Counted from the first letter of the stretch, positions 1 to 9,643 are shown. The stretch is 64,000 nucleotides of DNA from Burkholderiales bacterium (GCA_019745565.1 JAIESW010000005.1:235-64234); one strand, 5' to 3'. The notes: generated from the letters alone by a model not told the origin. Made by a program: numbers and translations.

Positions 1-1709
1 GCGTCGCTGAAGGCTTCCTGTACCGCTTCAGGCAGGCCGTCCCATTCGATAGTGCTGGCCGAGGGCATCCAGCCGATCGGGCTTTCCACCGCCGGGGTCT
101 TCCCGCGGCAGCGCTCGATGACCCACTTCAGCACGCGCATGTTCTCGCCATAGCCGGGCCACAGGAAGCGGCCGTCGGACGTCTTGCGGAACCAGTTCAC
201 GCAGAACACGCGCGGCGGGTTCGCGAGCTTGCGGCCCATCGTGAGCCAGTGGTCGAAGTAGTCGGCGATGTGATAGCCGCAGAACGGCAGCATGGCGAAC
301 GGATCGCGCCGCACTTCGCCCACTTTGCCCACGGCCGCTGCCGTCGTTTCCGAGCCCATGGTCGCGGCAAGGTAGACACCATCGGTCCAGCTGAAGCTCT
401 CGACGATGAGCGGCATCGTGGTGCTGCGCCGCCCGCCGAACAGGAACGCCGAGATCGGCACGCCCGCCGGATTTTCCCACTCCGGATCGAGCGAGGGGCA
501 TTGCGAGGCCGGGACCGTGAAGCGTGCGTTCGGGTGTGCCGCCTTGCGGCCGCAGTCCGGGGTCCACTCCTGGCCCTGCCAATCGATCAGCTTCGGCGGT
601 GGCGTTTCCGTCATGCCTTCCCACCACACGTCACCATCGGGCGTGAGCGCCACGTTGGTGAAGATGCAGTTGGCCCGCAGCGTGTCCATCGCGTTCGGGT
701 TCGACTGATACGAAGTGCCCGGTGCGACGCCGAAGAAGCCGTATTCCGGATTGATCGCACGCAGCTGCCCGTCCGGTCCGGGGCGTATCCACGCGATGTC
801 GTCGCCGACGGTGGTGACCTTCCAGCCCGCAAAGGCAGGGGGTGGGATCAACATCGCGAAATTGGTCTTGCCGCACGCGCTCGGGAAGGCCGCGGCGACG
901 TAGCTCTTCTCGCCCTCGGGTGATTCCACACCGAGGATCAGCATGTGTTCGGCGAGCCAGTCCTGGTCGCGCCCCATGGTGGACGCGATGCGCAGCGCCA
1001 GACACTTCTTGCCGAGCAGCGCGTTGCCGCCGTAGCCGCTGCCGAACGACCAGATGGCGCGTTCTTCCGGGAAATGGACGATGTACTTGTGATCCGGATT
1101 GCATGGCCACGACACGTCCTTCTTGCCCGTCTCCAGCGGCATGCCGACCGAATGCAGGCAGGGGACGAATTCGCCGTCGGTGCCCAATGCATCGAGCGCC
1201 GCACGCCCCATGCGCGTCATGATGCGCATGCTGACGACCACGTAGGCCGAGTCGGTGATCTGCACGCCGATGCGCGACAGGGGCGACCCGATCGGCCCCA
1301 TGGAGAAGGGCACCACATACATGGTGCGGCCGCGCATGCAGCCGTCGAACAGGCCGGTGAGCGTGGCCTTCATCTGATCGGGCGCCATCCAGTTGTTGGT
1401 GGGCCCGGCGTCTTCGCGCCGTGCGCTGCAGATGTACGTCCGGTCTTCCACGCGGGCTACATCGCCCGGGTCCGAGCGGGCCAGGAAGCTCGCCGGCCGC
1501 TTGGCCGCGTTCAGCCGGAGGAAGGTGCCTCCGGCCACCAGGGCGTCGCACAGCGCGTCGTATTCCGCCTTAGAGCCGTCGCACCAGTGGATGCGGTCGG
1601 GTCGGGTGAGGCTCGCGACCTCGGCGACCCAGCGCTTCAGCTGGGCGTGCCGGACATGGTTGGGACTGTCCGCGTCTGTGGACGGGCCCGGAATATTCTC
1701 TATATGCAT
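1..1709 (-). CDS. pckG: Phosphoenolpyruvate carboxykinase (GTP); C-terminus runs off the window
   Basis: Not in the ORF track because no stop lies inside the window. My minus-strand translation from ATG (complement of 1707-1709) reads [19 protein letters not shown]...[12 protein letters not shown]...[13 protein letters not shown]...[26 protein letters not shown], which carries the GTP-PEPCK P-loop and nucleotide motifs. Track ORFs 28-1754 are off-frame shadows. Confidence 0.9.
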   Translation of the reverse strand, partial: MHIENIPGPSTDADSPNHVRHAQLKRWVAEVASLTRPDRIHWCDGSKAEYDALCDALVAGGTFLRLNAAKRPASFLARSDPGDVARVEDRTYICSARREDAGPTNNWMAPDQMKATLTGLFDGCMRGRTMYVVPFSMGPIGSPLSRIGVQITDSAYVVVSMRIMTRMGRAALDALGTDGEFVPCLHSVGMPLETGKKDVSWPCNPDHKYIVHFPEERAIWSFGSGYGGNALLGKKCLALRIASTMGRDQDWLAEHMLILGVESPEGEKSYVAAAFPSACGKTNFAMLIPPPAFAGWKVTTVGDDIAWIRPGPDGQLRAINPEYGFFGVAPGTSYQSNPNAMDTLRANCIFTNVALTPDGDVWWEGMTETPPPKLIDWQGQEWTPDCGRKAAHPNARFTVPASQCPSLDPEWENPAGVPISAFLFGGRRSTTMPLIVESFSWTDGVYLAATMGSETTAAAVGKVGEVRRDPFAMLPFCGYHIADYFDHWLTMGRKLANPPRVFCVNWFRKTSDGRFLWPGYGENMRVLKWVIERCRGKTPAVESPIGWMPSASTIEWDGLPEAVQEAFSD

Positions 1710-1863
1710 CAATACCCTCCGTGGCGACCCTCGGGCTTGGTCGTTTTTTTTTGATCGAAGATGCTACCACCATCCTCCGGAACCGTCAGGTTTGCCCCTG
1801 GCGCCGGTGGGCGCTTTGGCAGCCCCCTGAGATAGAATCCGCGGCTTCCCGCCCGGCTGCCGC

Positions 1864-2643
1864 ATGACCCCTACGCTCGTCTTCGATATCGAGACCGTCC
1901 CCGACGTGGCCGGCCTGCGCCGCCTGAACGGGGATGCATCGGACGTGCCCGATGCGGTGGTCGCGGAACGCGCGTTCGAGGCGCGTCGGGCGGCGACGGG
2001 TGGCAGCGACTTCCTGCCGCTGCACCTGCATCGCGTGGTCGCGATTTCGTGCGCCCTGCGCGACCGCGACAGCTTCCGCGTGTGGTCCCTGGGCGAGCCG
2101 AACGAGCCGGAGGCCCAGCTCATCCAGCGCTTCTTCGACGGCATCGAGCGCTACACGCCGCAGCTCGTCTCCTGGAACGGTGGCGGCTTCGATCTGCCGG
2201 TGCTGCATTACCGCGGACTGGTGCACGGCATCGTCGCGCGGCGGTATTGGGATCTCGGCGAGGACGACCGCGACTTCAAGTGGAACAACTACATCAGCCG
2301 CTATCACATGCGGCACCTGGATCTGATGGATCTGCTCGCCATGTATCAGCCGCGGGCCGCGGCACCGCTCGACGCGCTGGCGCAACTGATGGGCCTGCCA
2401 GGGAAGATCGGCATGGAAGGCTCGAAGGTGTGGGCGGCGTACCAGGCGGGCGAGATCGAGGCGATCCGCAACTACTGCGAGGCCGACGTCGTCAATACGC
2501 ACCTGGTCTTTCTGCGCTTCCAGCAGATGCGCGGAACGCTCGACCGCGAGGCGCATCAGCGCGAGGTGCAGTTCGTGCGCGACACGCTCGCCAGGACACC
2601 CGGGGACCACTGGAAGGAGTTCCTGAGTCTTTGGGGTCCTTGA
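1864..2643 (+). CDS. 3'-5' exonuclease, PolB-exonuclease-like family
   Basis: 259 aa ORF. N-terminal LVFDIETVPD (ExoI DxE motif), then SWNGGGFDLPVL and NYCEADVVNT (ExoIII-like). Resembles the predicted 3'-5' exonuclease family related to the PolB exonuclease domain. Confidence 0.8.
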   Translation: MTPTLVFDIETVPDVAGLRRLNGDASDVPDAVVAERAFEARRAATGGSDFLPLHLHRVVAISCALRDRDSFRVWSLGEPNEPEAQLIQRFFDGIERYTPQLVSWNGGGFDLPVLHYRGLVHGIVARRYWDLGEDDRDFKWNNYISRYHMRHLDLMDLLAMYQPRAAAPLDALAQLMGLPGKIGMEGSKVWAAYQAGEIEAIRNYCEADVVNTHLVFLRFQQMRGTLDREAHQREVQFVRDTLARTPGDHWKEFLSLWGP

Positions 2644-2658
2644 TTTGGGGTTCCTGAG

Positions 2659-3978
2659 ATGACCGCACGCGAGCCCGCGCTCGTGCGCACCGTGGCAGTG
2701 GAATCGCTCGATCACGAAGGGCAGGGCATCGCCCACGTGGACGGCAAGGTGGTTTTCATCGAAGGCGCGTTGCCGGGCGAAGTCGTCGAGATCGAGGTGC
2801 GGAGGCGCAGGCCGTCCTACGACGTTGCCACCACGACCCGCGTGATCAGTGAGAGCAGCCAGCGGGTGACGCCACGCTGTGCCCACTTCGGCGTCTGCGG
2901 CGGCTGCAGCATGCAGCACCTCGATCCGCGCGCCCAGGTCGCAGCGAAGCAGCGCGTGCTGGAGGACAACCTGCAGCGCATCGGACAGGTTCGACCGGAA
3001 AGCATGCTGCCGCCGGTGCACGGGCCGGCGTGGGGATATCGCTACCGTGCACGGCTGTCGGTGCGCGACGTGCGCAAGAAGGGTGGCGTGCTGGTCGGCT
3101 TTCACGAGAAGCGCAGCAGCTACGTGGTCGACATGCGGGAGTGCCATGTCGTGCCGCCGGCCATCTCCGCGCTGCTGGTGCCGTTGCGCGCGCTGGTGGA
3201 GTCCCTTTCCATCCGCGAACGGATGCCGCAGATCGAGCTTGCGATCGGCGACGCCGTGACGGTGCTGGTGTTCCGCAATCTCGAGCCGCTGACAGCTGCG
3301 GACGAGGCGGCGCTGCGGGCTTTCGCGGATGACCACGGCGTATGCGTCTACCTGCAGCCGAAGGGCCCGGATACCGTCGTGCGCCTGCATCCCATGGATG
3401 CGCCGGCGCTCGACTATTTGTTGCCGGAATTCGACCTGCGTCTGCCGTTCTCGCCGGCCGAATTCACACAGGTGAACCATCAGGTCAACGGCGTGCTGGT
3501 GAGGCGGGCCATGGCTCTGCTCGATCCGCAGCCCGGCGAGCGCATCGCGGACCTGTTCTGCGGGCTTGGGAATTTCTCCCTGGCGATCGCTCGCCGCGGT
3601 GCACACGTGTACGGCGTCGAAGGCAGTGCGGCGCTGGTACGGCGCGCTCAGGACAATGCCGCCGTGAACGGGTTGGCGGGCATGTCGGCGTTTGCGGTGA
3701 AGGACCTGTTCACCGTCACGCCCGAGGACATCTCCGGCTGGGGCCGGTTGGACAAGTTGCTCATCGACCCGCCGCGGGACGGCGCGATGGCCGTCGTGAA
3801 GGCGCTCGCGGAGCCCTTCCCGCAACGGATCGTCTACGTGTCCTGCAGCCCGGGGACGCTGGCCCGCGACGCTGGTGTGCTGGTCAACGTCCACGGATAT
3901 CGGCTCGCCACCGCGGGCATCGTCAACATGTTCCCGCACACCTCCCACGTGGAGTCGATCGCGCTGTTCGAGCGCTGA
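2659..3978 (+). CDS. rlmD: 23S rRNA (uracil1939-C5)-methyltransferase RlmD (RumA)
   Basis: 439 aa. N-terminal TRAM-like region, Fe-S cysteines [17 protein letters not shown] motif [11 protein letters not shown], and C-terminal [11 protein letters not shown]...MFPHTSHVE. Confidence 0.9.
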   Translation: MTAREPALVRTVAVESLDHEGQGIAHVDGKVVFIEGALPGEVVEIEVRRRRPSYDVATTTRVISESSQRVTPRCAHFGVCGGCSMQHLDPRAQVAAKQRVLEDNLQRIGQVRPESMLPPVHGPAWGYRYRARLSVRDVRKKGGVLVGFHEKRSSYVVDMRECHVVPPAISALLVPLRALVESLSIRERMPQIELAIGDAVTVLVFRNLEPLTAADEAALRAFADDHGVCVYLQPKGPDTVVRLHPMDAPALDYLLPEFDLRLPFSPAEFTQVNHQVNGVLVRRAMALLDPQPGERIADLFCGLGNFSLAIARRGAHVYGVEGSAALVRRAQDNAAVNGLAGMSAFAVKDLFTVTPEDISGWGRLDKLLIDPPRDGAMAVVKALAEPFPQRIVYVSCSPGTLARDAGVLVNVHGYRLATAGIVNMFPHTSHVESIALFER

Positions 3979-3996
3979 CGCCGGCGGCGGAAACGA

Positions 3997-4020
3997 CAAG
4001 GGCAGCCGAAGCTGCCCTTG
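3997..4020. terminator. Hairpin between convergent rlmD and yccA-like genes (no T-tract)
   Basis: caagggcagc-cgaa-gctgcccttg gives a perfect 10-bp stem with a GNRA-like loop in the 64-bp convergent gap. No U-run follows, so terminator function is uncertain. Confidence 0.3.
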
Positions 4021-4042
4021 GTCGTGCAGTCACGAAAGACTG

Positions 4043-4732
4043 TCAGTCGCGCTCGCCCGCGAAGGCCATCAGCAACTGGAGCAGGTTCGCGAAGATGTTG
4101 AACAGGCTGATGTACACGCTGGTGGCGGCCATGATGTAGTTGGTCTCGCCGCCGTTCACGATACGGCTCACGTCGTGCAGCAGGAACAGCGAGAAGACCA
4201 CGATCACCAGGGCCGAGATCGTCAGCGCCAGGGCTGGCAGCTGCAGGAACATGTTCGCGACGATGGCGACCAGCAGCACGATCATGCCCACGAACAGGAA
4301 CTTGCCCATGAAACTGAAATCGCGCTTCGTGGTGGTCGCGATGGCGCTCATCGCGATCATGATGCCGCCGGTTCCCAGGGCCGCGAGCCCCACCAGCTGC
4401 GGGCCGTTCTTGAGGGTCAGCGCGACGTTGAGCAGCGGGCCCAGGAATGCACCCAGGAGGAAGGTCATGCCGAGCAGCAGGGCCACGCCGAAGCCGCTGT
4501 TGCGATTGGCAGCGATCGCGAACTGCAGGCCAATGACGCCACCCAGCATCACCACGAACGTGATGATGGGATGCTGCATCATGACCCCGGCAAACGACAT
4601 GCCGACCATGGCACCGATGACGGTGGGCACCATCGTCAGGGCCAGCAGGAGGTAGGTGTTGCGCAGGACCTTGTTGCGTTCGGCGGACAGGGTGCCGGCG
4701 CCGCTGTTCAGGACTTGTAGATCAGGTTGCAT
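4043..4732 (-). CDS. BAX inhibitor-1 / YccA family membrane protein
   Basis: 229 aa with 7 hydrophobic segments. N-terminal NKVLRNTYLLLALTM and the C-terminal ...SLFNIFANLLQLL signature are typical of the YccA/BI-1 family. Confidence 0.85.
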   Translation of the reverse strand: MQPDLQVLNSGAGTLSAERNKVLRNTYLLLALTMVPTVIGAMVGMSFAGVMMQHPIITFVVMLGGVIGLQFAIAANRNSGFGVALLLGMTFLLGAFLGPLLNVALTLKNGPQLVGLAALGTGGIMIAMSAIATTTKRDFSFMGKFLFVGMIVLLVAIVANMFLQLPALALTISALVIVVFSLFLLHDVSRIVNGGETNYIMAATSVYISLFNIFANLLQLLMAFAGERD

Positions 4733-4864
4733 CGAGATACCCCCGAAAGGAACGTTGTTACGCGGGTAAGACTACGGAATCAAAGGCAAAGTTTCAACCC
4801 GACTCGACCGATTCCCAGGTATGTCCGTTATCATTCGTTACAAGATCGGGTAGGCCAGCCGATT

Positions 4865-4954
4865 GGAGAGGTGGCAGAGTGGTCTATTGCACCGGTCTTG
4901 AAAACCGGCAGGGGCGCAAGTCTCTCGTGGGTTCGAATCCCACCCTCTCCGCCA
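4865..4954 (+). tRNA. tRNA-Ser (anticodon UGA), CCA encoded
   Basis: Acceptor stem GGAGAGG/CCTCTCC. Anticodon arm ccggt-ctTGAaa-accgg. Long variable arm and T-arm GGTTCGAATCC. Ends GCCA. Confidence 0.9.
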
Positions 4955-4967
4955 ATCGACAAGCCGG

Positions 4968-5417
4968 TCAGGGTTCCCCGCTGACCGTATCCGCCCAGCA
5001 GTTCGGCGTCTCGTACAGCCGGACCCGCTCCAGCCTGAGATGGTTGCCGTACCGATCCTGGTATGCCGGCTCGAGCAGACGGAACGCGGTCGCGGCCAGA
5101 TGCTCCGCGGTCGGCGGGGCATCGAACAGCACGGTGCGATGGCCGGGGAGCGATGCCAGGAAGTCGACCACGGATCGGTCGCCACGGTAGACGAGAAATG
5201 CGTGGTCCCAGACGTCGACCACGATCCGCGAGGCGATCGATTTCACCTCGGAGAAGTCCATGACCATCGCCTGATTGGCGGCGCCCTCGGTCTTTATCAG
5301 GTCCCCGGAGAGGGTGACCTCGAGCGCGTAACGGTGCCCGTGTAGATGGCGGCACTGACTGTCGTGCGCGGGGATGCGGTGCCCGGCATCGAACTCCAGC
5401 CGGCGGGTGATGCGCAT
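4968..5417 (-). CDS. queD: 6-carboxy-5,6,7,8-tetrahydropterin synthase (QueD, 6-pyruvoyl-tetrahydropterin synthase family)
   Basis: 149 aa. FDAGHRIP...CRHLHGHRY zinc/catalytic motif, MVMDFSEVK, and C-terminal VRLYETPNCWA. Confidence 0.85.
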   Translation of the reverse strand: MRITRRLEFDAGHRIPAHDSQCRHLHGHRYALEVTLSGDLIKTEGAANQAMVMDFSEVKSIASRIVVDVWDHAFLVYRGDRSVVDFLASLPGHRTVLFDAPPTAEHLAATAFRLLEPAYQDRYGNHLRLERVRLYETPNCWADTVSGEP

Positions 5418-5504
5418 GACAGCGGCGGTGGCGAGAAAAAACCGTCCCAGTATACCACCCGCATTCCGGCGCTCCGCGGAGCGCCGGCATCGAGGATCAG
5501 GCGA

Positions 5505-5846
5505 TCAGGCCTGGCGCGGCAGCGAAGTCGCGCGGCGTGCGCTGTTGCGGCGGGGCGACGAGCGCGAACTGGAAGCCTGCGACTTCAGCGTGCGATAGAG
5601 CGTGGGCCGGGAGCTTTTCAGATAGGAGATGACCTCGAAATCTCCACGGGTCATGCGGCCGATGTCGATCTTGTCGATGTGCACCAGGCGCAGGAGCTGC
5701 TGCACCGGCTTCGGCATGCTGCGGCCGCTCTCGTAACGGGAACCGCCGCTCTGGGTCACGCCGATCATGCCCCAGAACTCCTGCTGGTTGAGGCCGAGCT
5801 TCTGTCGGATGTCGCGCGGATTGGGAATCTTGTCTGAGATCTTCAT
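5505..5846 (-). CDS. Small helix-turn-helix DNA-binding protein (XRE-like) with Ser/Arg-rich tail
   Basis: I take the internal ATG at 5846 of track ORF 5505-6143, because the upstream 99 codons are Arg-rich off-pattern sequence overlapping the MoxJ-like gene. MKISDKIPNPRDIRQKLGLNQQEFWGMIGVTQSGGSRYESGR is a classic HTH. Confidence 0.65.
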   Translation of the reverse strand: MKISDKIPNPRDIRQKLGLNQQEFWGMIGVTQSGGSRYESGRSMPKPVQQLLRLVHIDKIDIGRMTRGDFEVISYLKSSRPTLYRTLKSQASSSRSSPRRNSARRATSLPRQA

Positions 5847-6004
5847 GCGGGAGCCTCGATGCGTGGAGCGGCGCGGGATGCCGTCGCCATTAAACGCTTT
5901 GTCTCCCGTGATCGCCGACAAGTTCCATTGAAATGCAATTCGTCGGCAAGTCGGTGCGCCGCCCCGGGAGTACGAGGGCGGTAGCCTCCGACTTGATCCC
6001 CGCG

Positions 6005-6781
6005 TCATGGTTTGCGGTGCTCGATGCCGTATCTGGCGTAGATCGCCTTCACGGTGCCGTCGGCGATCAATTGCTCGAGAGCCTTGTTGAGTGCCGTCAC
6101 CAGCGCCTCGTCCCCGCGGCGTACGCCCACGGCAAGCGTCCATTCCATGTCGGGCTCGCCGTCGTAGGCGTGCACGAACCGGAGGCTGTGCCCCGGATGG
6201 TTGTGGATGTAGTACTGGATCGTGTTGACCGAGATGGCTGCTGCCGCGAGTTCGCCCTTCTCCAGGTCCTCCAGCATGTCGTCTTCAAAGGCATACGGCG
6301 AAGTCACCCAGCCGCGCTTGTTGAGGATCATGCTCGCCGTGGAGTTCAGCATGACGCCCATCTTCCGGCCCGGGATCACCTTGGCGAAGTCGACGATGTC
6401 GTCCTGGCCCTGCGCGATCGCGAGGGCCACGCCGCCCTTGGCATAGGGCATCGACAGTTTGACCTTGGAGTCGTCCTCGAGGCCCTGGACGATGAAGTCC
6501 ATCTTGAGGTCGCAGTCGACCACGCGCGCCCGATAGGTCGGAATGATCCACTTCGCCTCGAACCCCACGCCCAGTTGCCTGGCGATGGCCTGGCCCAGAT
6601 CCACCTGGAATCCGTGCACGTCACCGGAGCGCTTGGCGTAGGGCAACGCGTCCGGGTTGGCGCAGATCGACAGGATGTTGCGCTCCTTGATTTCGTGCAG
6701 AGGGCGCGCGAGGGACAGGCCGCTCGCGCACAGAAGGGCGCTCGCTGCTGCGAGCGCCAGGAGCCTCGCGACCGGCCTCAC
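6005..6781 (-). CDS. Quinoprotein-dehydrogenase-associated periplasmic solute-binding protein (MoxJ/XoxJ-like, SBP family 3)
   Basis: 258 aa with a signal peptide (LLALAAASALLCASG). SBP_bac_3-like body. GTG start overlaps the cytochrome stop as GTGA. Sits last in a PQQ-DH / cyt c / MoxJ order, as in xoxFGJ. Confidence 0.75.
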   Translation of the reverse strand: MRPVARLLALAAASALLCASGLSLARPLHEIKERNILSICANPDALPYAKRSGDVHGFQVDLGQAIARQLGVGFEAKWIIPTYRARVVDCDLKMDFIVQGLEDDSKVKLSMPYAKGGVALAIAQGQDDIVDFAKVIPGRKMGVMLNSTASMILNKRGWVTSPYAFEDDMLEDLEKGELAAAAISVNTIQYYIHNHPGHSLRFVHAYDGEPDMEWTLAVGVRRGDEALVTALNKALEQLIADGTVKAIYARYGIEHRKP

Positions 6782-7146
6782 GGTTCCTGATCCGGGCGGA
6801 GCGAGCGGATGAACTTCACCATGTCGCGGATCTGATCGTCGGTGAACGCTCCGCCGAAGGCTGCCATGCGGCCGGCCTTGCCATTCTTGATACGGTTGAA
6901 CAGGTATTCATCCGAGTTCGTGTTGTTCATGAGCTGCGGGCCCTTGCCGGCCTTCCGGCCATAGTCCTCGTGACAGAAGCTGCAGATGTTGCGGAAGGTG
7001 TTCTTGGCATTGAAATCGGATGCGCCGGCGGCCGCTACGGGCGCCTTTTCGTCGGCTGCAGGCGACACCGGAATGGCGGCGAAGAAGAGCAGGGCGGCCA
7101 GACAGAGGATGGGGCGGAACACGGATAGTTTCACTTTCAGATCCAA
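6778..7146 (-). CDS. Small periplasmic c-type cytochrome (candidate electron acceptor of the PQQ dehydrogenase)
   Basis: 122 aa. Signal peptide, single heme motif CSFCH, and distal Met candidate in GKAGRMAAFGG. Confidence 0.8.
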   Translation of the reverse strand: MDLKVKLSVFRPILCLAALLFFAAIPVSPAADEKAPVAAAGASDFNAKNTFRNICSFCHEDYGRKAGKGPQLMNNTNSDEYLFNRIKNGKAGRMAAFGGAFTDDQIRDMVKFIRSLRPDQEP

Positions 7147-7183
7147 TCGATGGATAGGACAAATGCGTCAACGGCTATGAGAC

Positions 7184-7216
7184 AAAAAGCGGGGACCGAA
7201 GTCCCCGCTTTTTTTT
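7184..7216. terminator. Bidirectional-looking rho-independent hairpin between the PQQ-DH and cytochrome genes
   Basis: aaaaa-gcggggac-cgaa-gtccccgc-tttttttt. Read on the minus strand it follows the dehydrogenase stop (7259) and ends in TTTTTG, so it could act as an attenuating intra-cluster terminator. Confidence 0.55.
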
Positions 7217-7258
7217 ACTGCCTGGTCGGCTGCTCCGCTCCCTCGCGGGAGCAGGCGG

Positions 7259-8992
7259 TCAATCCAGGGCGAACACCTTCAGGATGCCGCCGTCGGTCGG
7301 CATGCTCGAGTAGGGCTCGCCCCACAGGTCGCCGTAACCGTCGGTCACGAGGCTGCCCTTGCCCACTTCCACGGCGACGTACTGCTTGCCCTTCGCCATG
7401 TAGGTGATGATGCCGCCGTCGTGCAGGTTGCCGTTGTTGTGGCGCCACAGCACTTTGCCGGTGCTCGCGTCGACCGCGGACAGGTGGCCGTCGGCTTCCG
7501 GGATGAACAGCAAATTGCCGCCCGTGGACAGCAGTGAGCCGTGCGGGATGCCGTTCTTGAAGTCCATCGCCCACTTCACCTTGCCGGTGATCGGATCACG
7601 CGCACGCACGTGGCCCCAGGCCTTGTCGCTGCCCGGACCGTGCATGGTGAAGTTGGCACCGATGTTGAGCTGAGCCATCGGCTCCAGCACCGGGGTCGTC
7701 TTCACGATCTCGAGATCCATGCACCACTCGTAGCCCACGCGATAGTACAGACCGGTCTTCGGGTTGTAGGTACCCGCGTTCCAGCTGTAGCCGCCGGCGA
7801 TGGCCGGGCACAGGTTGGTGTGCTTGCCCTCGACCATGTCGCGGCGGCCGATCAGCTCGCCGGTCTTGGGATCGACACCCTTCACGAAGTTGATGTTGTC
7901 CACGCCGGCGTAGACGTTCTGCACCTTGCCGCCGCGGTCGTACACGAACACGTGGCCGCCCTTGTTCGGGTGCACCACGTACTTCTTGCCGTCGCGCTCG
8001 AGGAACACGAACTCACCCATGGACGAGTCGAAGTCCCACGCGTCGTGCGGCAGTTCCTGGTGGTAGTTCTTGAGCTCGCCCGTATCCGGGTTGAGCAGGA
8101 TCACCGCTGTCGTGTACAGGTTGGTGCCGGGCCGAGGTCCCTTCGTCTGCCATTCGGGGCCAGCCCAGTCGTACAGCGGCGCCGGATTGGCCGTGCCCCA
8201 CCAGACCGTGTCGGTTTCCGGATCGTAGGCACCCGCCATCCAGCCGCCGCCGCCACCGGTCTTCCACGAGTCGCCACCCCAGGTGTCCCGACGATCCGAA
8301 GGCGTACCTTCGTTGCCGCCGGAGGTGTTGAACGTCCAGACCAGTTGTCCGCTCTTGGCTTCGACGCCGAAGATCGGGCCGCGGCCGGGCCATTCGCCGC
8401 CTTGAGCGCCGATGATGACCTTGTCCTTCACGAACAGGGGCGCACCGGTGAAGCCCACGGTGAGTTTCTTCGAGTCGACCAGCTTGGTCTCCCAGTTGAG
8501 CTTGCCGGTCTTCATGTCGACGGCGACGAGCTTGCCGTCGAGCGTGCCCATGTAGACGTTGCCGTTGCCGAGCGCGACACCGCGGTTGTAGGGCGAGTGG
8601 GTCTGCTTCGCGACCAGGTCCTCGTCGAGCTTCTGCTTGTAGATCCACAGCACGGCGCCGGTGGCACCGTCCAGCGCGTAGAGCTGGTTGTAGGCGCTGG
8701 TGTAGTACAGCACGCCGTCGGCGGCGAGCGGGAAGCTCTGCAGGCCGCGGGTGGCGCGGGAAGGCATGTGCGACCACGCTTCCTTCAGGCCCTTCACGTT
8801 CTTGCTGTTGATCTGGTCGAGCGCACTGTAGTGCCACGACTTGAACGAACCGTGGTAGGTGGGCCAGTTGGCCGGATCGGCCTTCAGGATGCTCTCGTGC
8901 GTGACGTCGGCGCTGGCCGTTGCAGACCAGACGACGCCGGTGACGGCGGCAAATAGCACGCCCTTCACCGTGAGGCGATTTTCAAGTTTCAT
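7259..8992 (-). CDS. PQQ-dependent dehydrogenase, methanol/ethanol family (soluble, signal peptide)
   Basis: 577 aa. Signal peptide ...WSATASA. Repeated propeller W-motifs (LYALDGATGAVLW, LVAVDMKTGKLNW, LSAVDASTGKVLW), GAQGGEWPGRG, GGGGGWMAGAYDPETD, and PHDAWDFDSS around the catalytic Asp. Confidence 0.9.
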   Translation of the reverse strand: MKLENRLTVKGVLFAAVTGVVWSATASADVTHESILKADPANWPTYHGSFKSWHYSALDQINSKNVKGLKEAWSHMPSRATRGLQSFPLAADGVLYYTSAYNQLYALDGATGAVLWIYKQKLDEDLVAKQTHSPYNRGVALGNGNVYMGTLDGKLVAVDMKTGKLNWETKLVDSKKLTVGFTGAPLFVKDKVIIGAQGGEWPGRGPIFGVEAKSGQLVWTFNTSGGNEGTPSDRRDTWGGDSWKTGGGGGWMAGAYDPETDTVWWGTANPAPLYDWAGPEWQTKGPRPGTNLYTTAVILLNPDTGELKNYHQELPHDAWDFDSSMGEFVFLERDGKKYVVHPNKGGHVFVYDRGGKVQNVYAGVDNINFVKGVDPKTGELIGRRDMVEGKHTNLCPAIAGGYSWNAGTYNPKTGLYYRVGYEWCMDLEIVKTTPVLEPMAQLNIGANFTMHGPGSDKAWGHVRARDPITGKVKWAMDFKNGIPHGSLLSTGGNLLFIPEADGHLSAVDASTGKVLWRHNNGNLHDGGIITYMAKGKQYVAVEVGKGSLVTDGYGDLWGEPYSSMPTDGGILKVFALD

Positions 8993-9153
8993 TCGACATT
9001 CCTCTCGAAGTTGCGGGCGGTAGATTCAAGCGAGTTAGCGCCCAACAAGGTGGTCACCGGTTCGTTGCCGGAGCCTTCTGCCGCGCCGTCGGTGCGTTGT
9101 TCTGTCCCACGCATCGCAGCGAGCGGCTGGACTATATCAGGAGGAATTCGGTG

Positions 9154-9171
9154 TGTCACAAGATGTCACAA
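9154..9171. promoter_or_regulatory. Direct repeat TGTCACAA-GA-TGTCACAA upstream of the PQQ-DH gene
   Basis: Two identical 8-mers with 10-bp periodicity lie about 165 bp upstream of the dehydrogenase start. This geometry is typical of response-regulator half-sites. Confidence 0.25.
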
Positions 9172-9242
9172 CTGCTTGCCGCATCGTGAAATCGCGCGGA
9201 TAACCGCGCCGTTATTGCATTCGCACGCAGCGGGCAAGGTGT

Positions 9243-9271
9243 TTGCCCCCCCTCTGCGGCACGGGTATAGT
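9243..9271 (+). promoter_or_regulatory. Candidate sigma70 promoter of the tRNA Pro-Arg-His operon
   Basis: TTGCCC - 17 nt - TATAGT, ending 12 nt before the first tRNA nucleotide. Confidence 0.4.
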
Positions 9272-9283
9272 CGCGCCGGCTGT

Positions 9284-9361
<78 letters not shown>

Positions 9362-9396
9362 GATCGCGCGACCGGCGCGCAACCGAGCGCTCGAGT

Positions 9397-9473
9397 GTGC
9401 CCGTAGCTCAATTGGATAGAGCACCGGCCTTCTAAGCCGGGGGTTGCGGGTTCGATTCCTGCCGGGCACGCCA
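9397..9473 (+). tRNA. tRNA-Arg (anticodon UCU), CCA encoded
   Basis: GTGCCCG/CGGGCAC acceptor stem. Anticodon arm ccggc-ctTCTaa-gccgg. T-arm GGTTCGATTCC. Confidence 0.9.
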
Positions 9474-9566
9474 TTCCTTGATTTGAAAGCGGGAATTCTC
9501 CATACTCCGCCCCCTTCTCACGGCGGTCGGCGATGGTGAATTCCACCTCGGACGTCCGCCGTCGAT

Positions 9567-9643
9567 GGTGGCTGTAGCTCAGCTGGTAGAGTCCCGGATT
9601 GTGATTCCGGTCGTCGTGGGTTCGAGTCCCATCAGCCACCCCA
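9567..9643 (+). tRNA. tRNA-His (anticodon GUG) with G-1, CCA encoded
   Basis: An extra 5' G pairs with discriminator C. Anticodon arm ccgga-ttGTGat-tccgg. T-arm GGTTCGAGTCC. Confidence 0.9.

Noticed and set aside
1786-3999. 737-aa minus-strand ORF spanning the exonuclease and rlmD region
   Set aside because: It is antisense to two well-supported plus-strand genes. Its composition is Arg/Ala/His-rich with no motifs. This is a typical high-GC shadow ORF.
5847-6143. Long form (212 aa) of the HTH protein
   Set aside because: The upstream 99 codons overlap the MoxJ-like gene end and have junk composition. The HTH domain starts at the internal Met.
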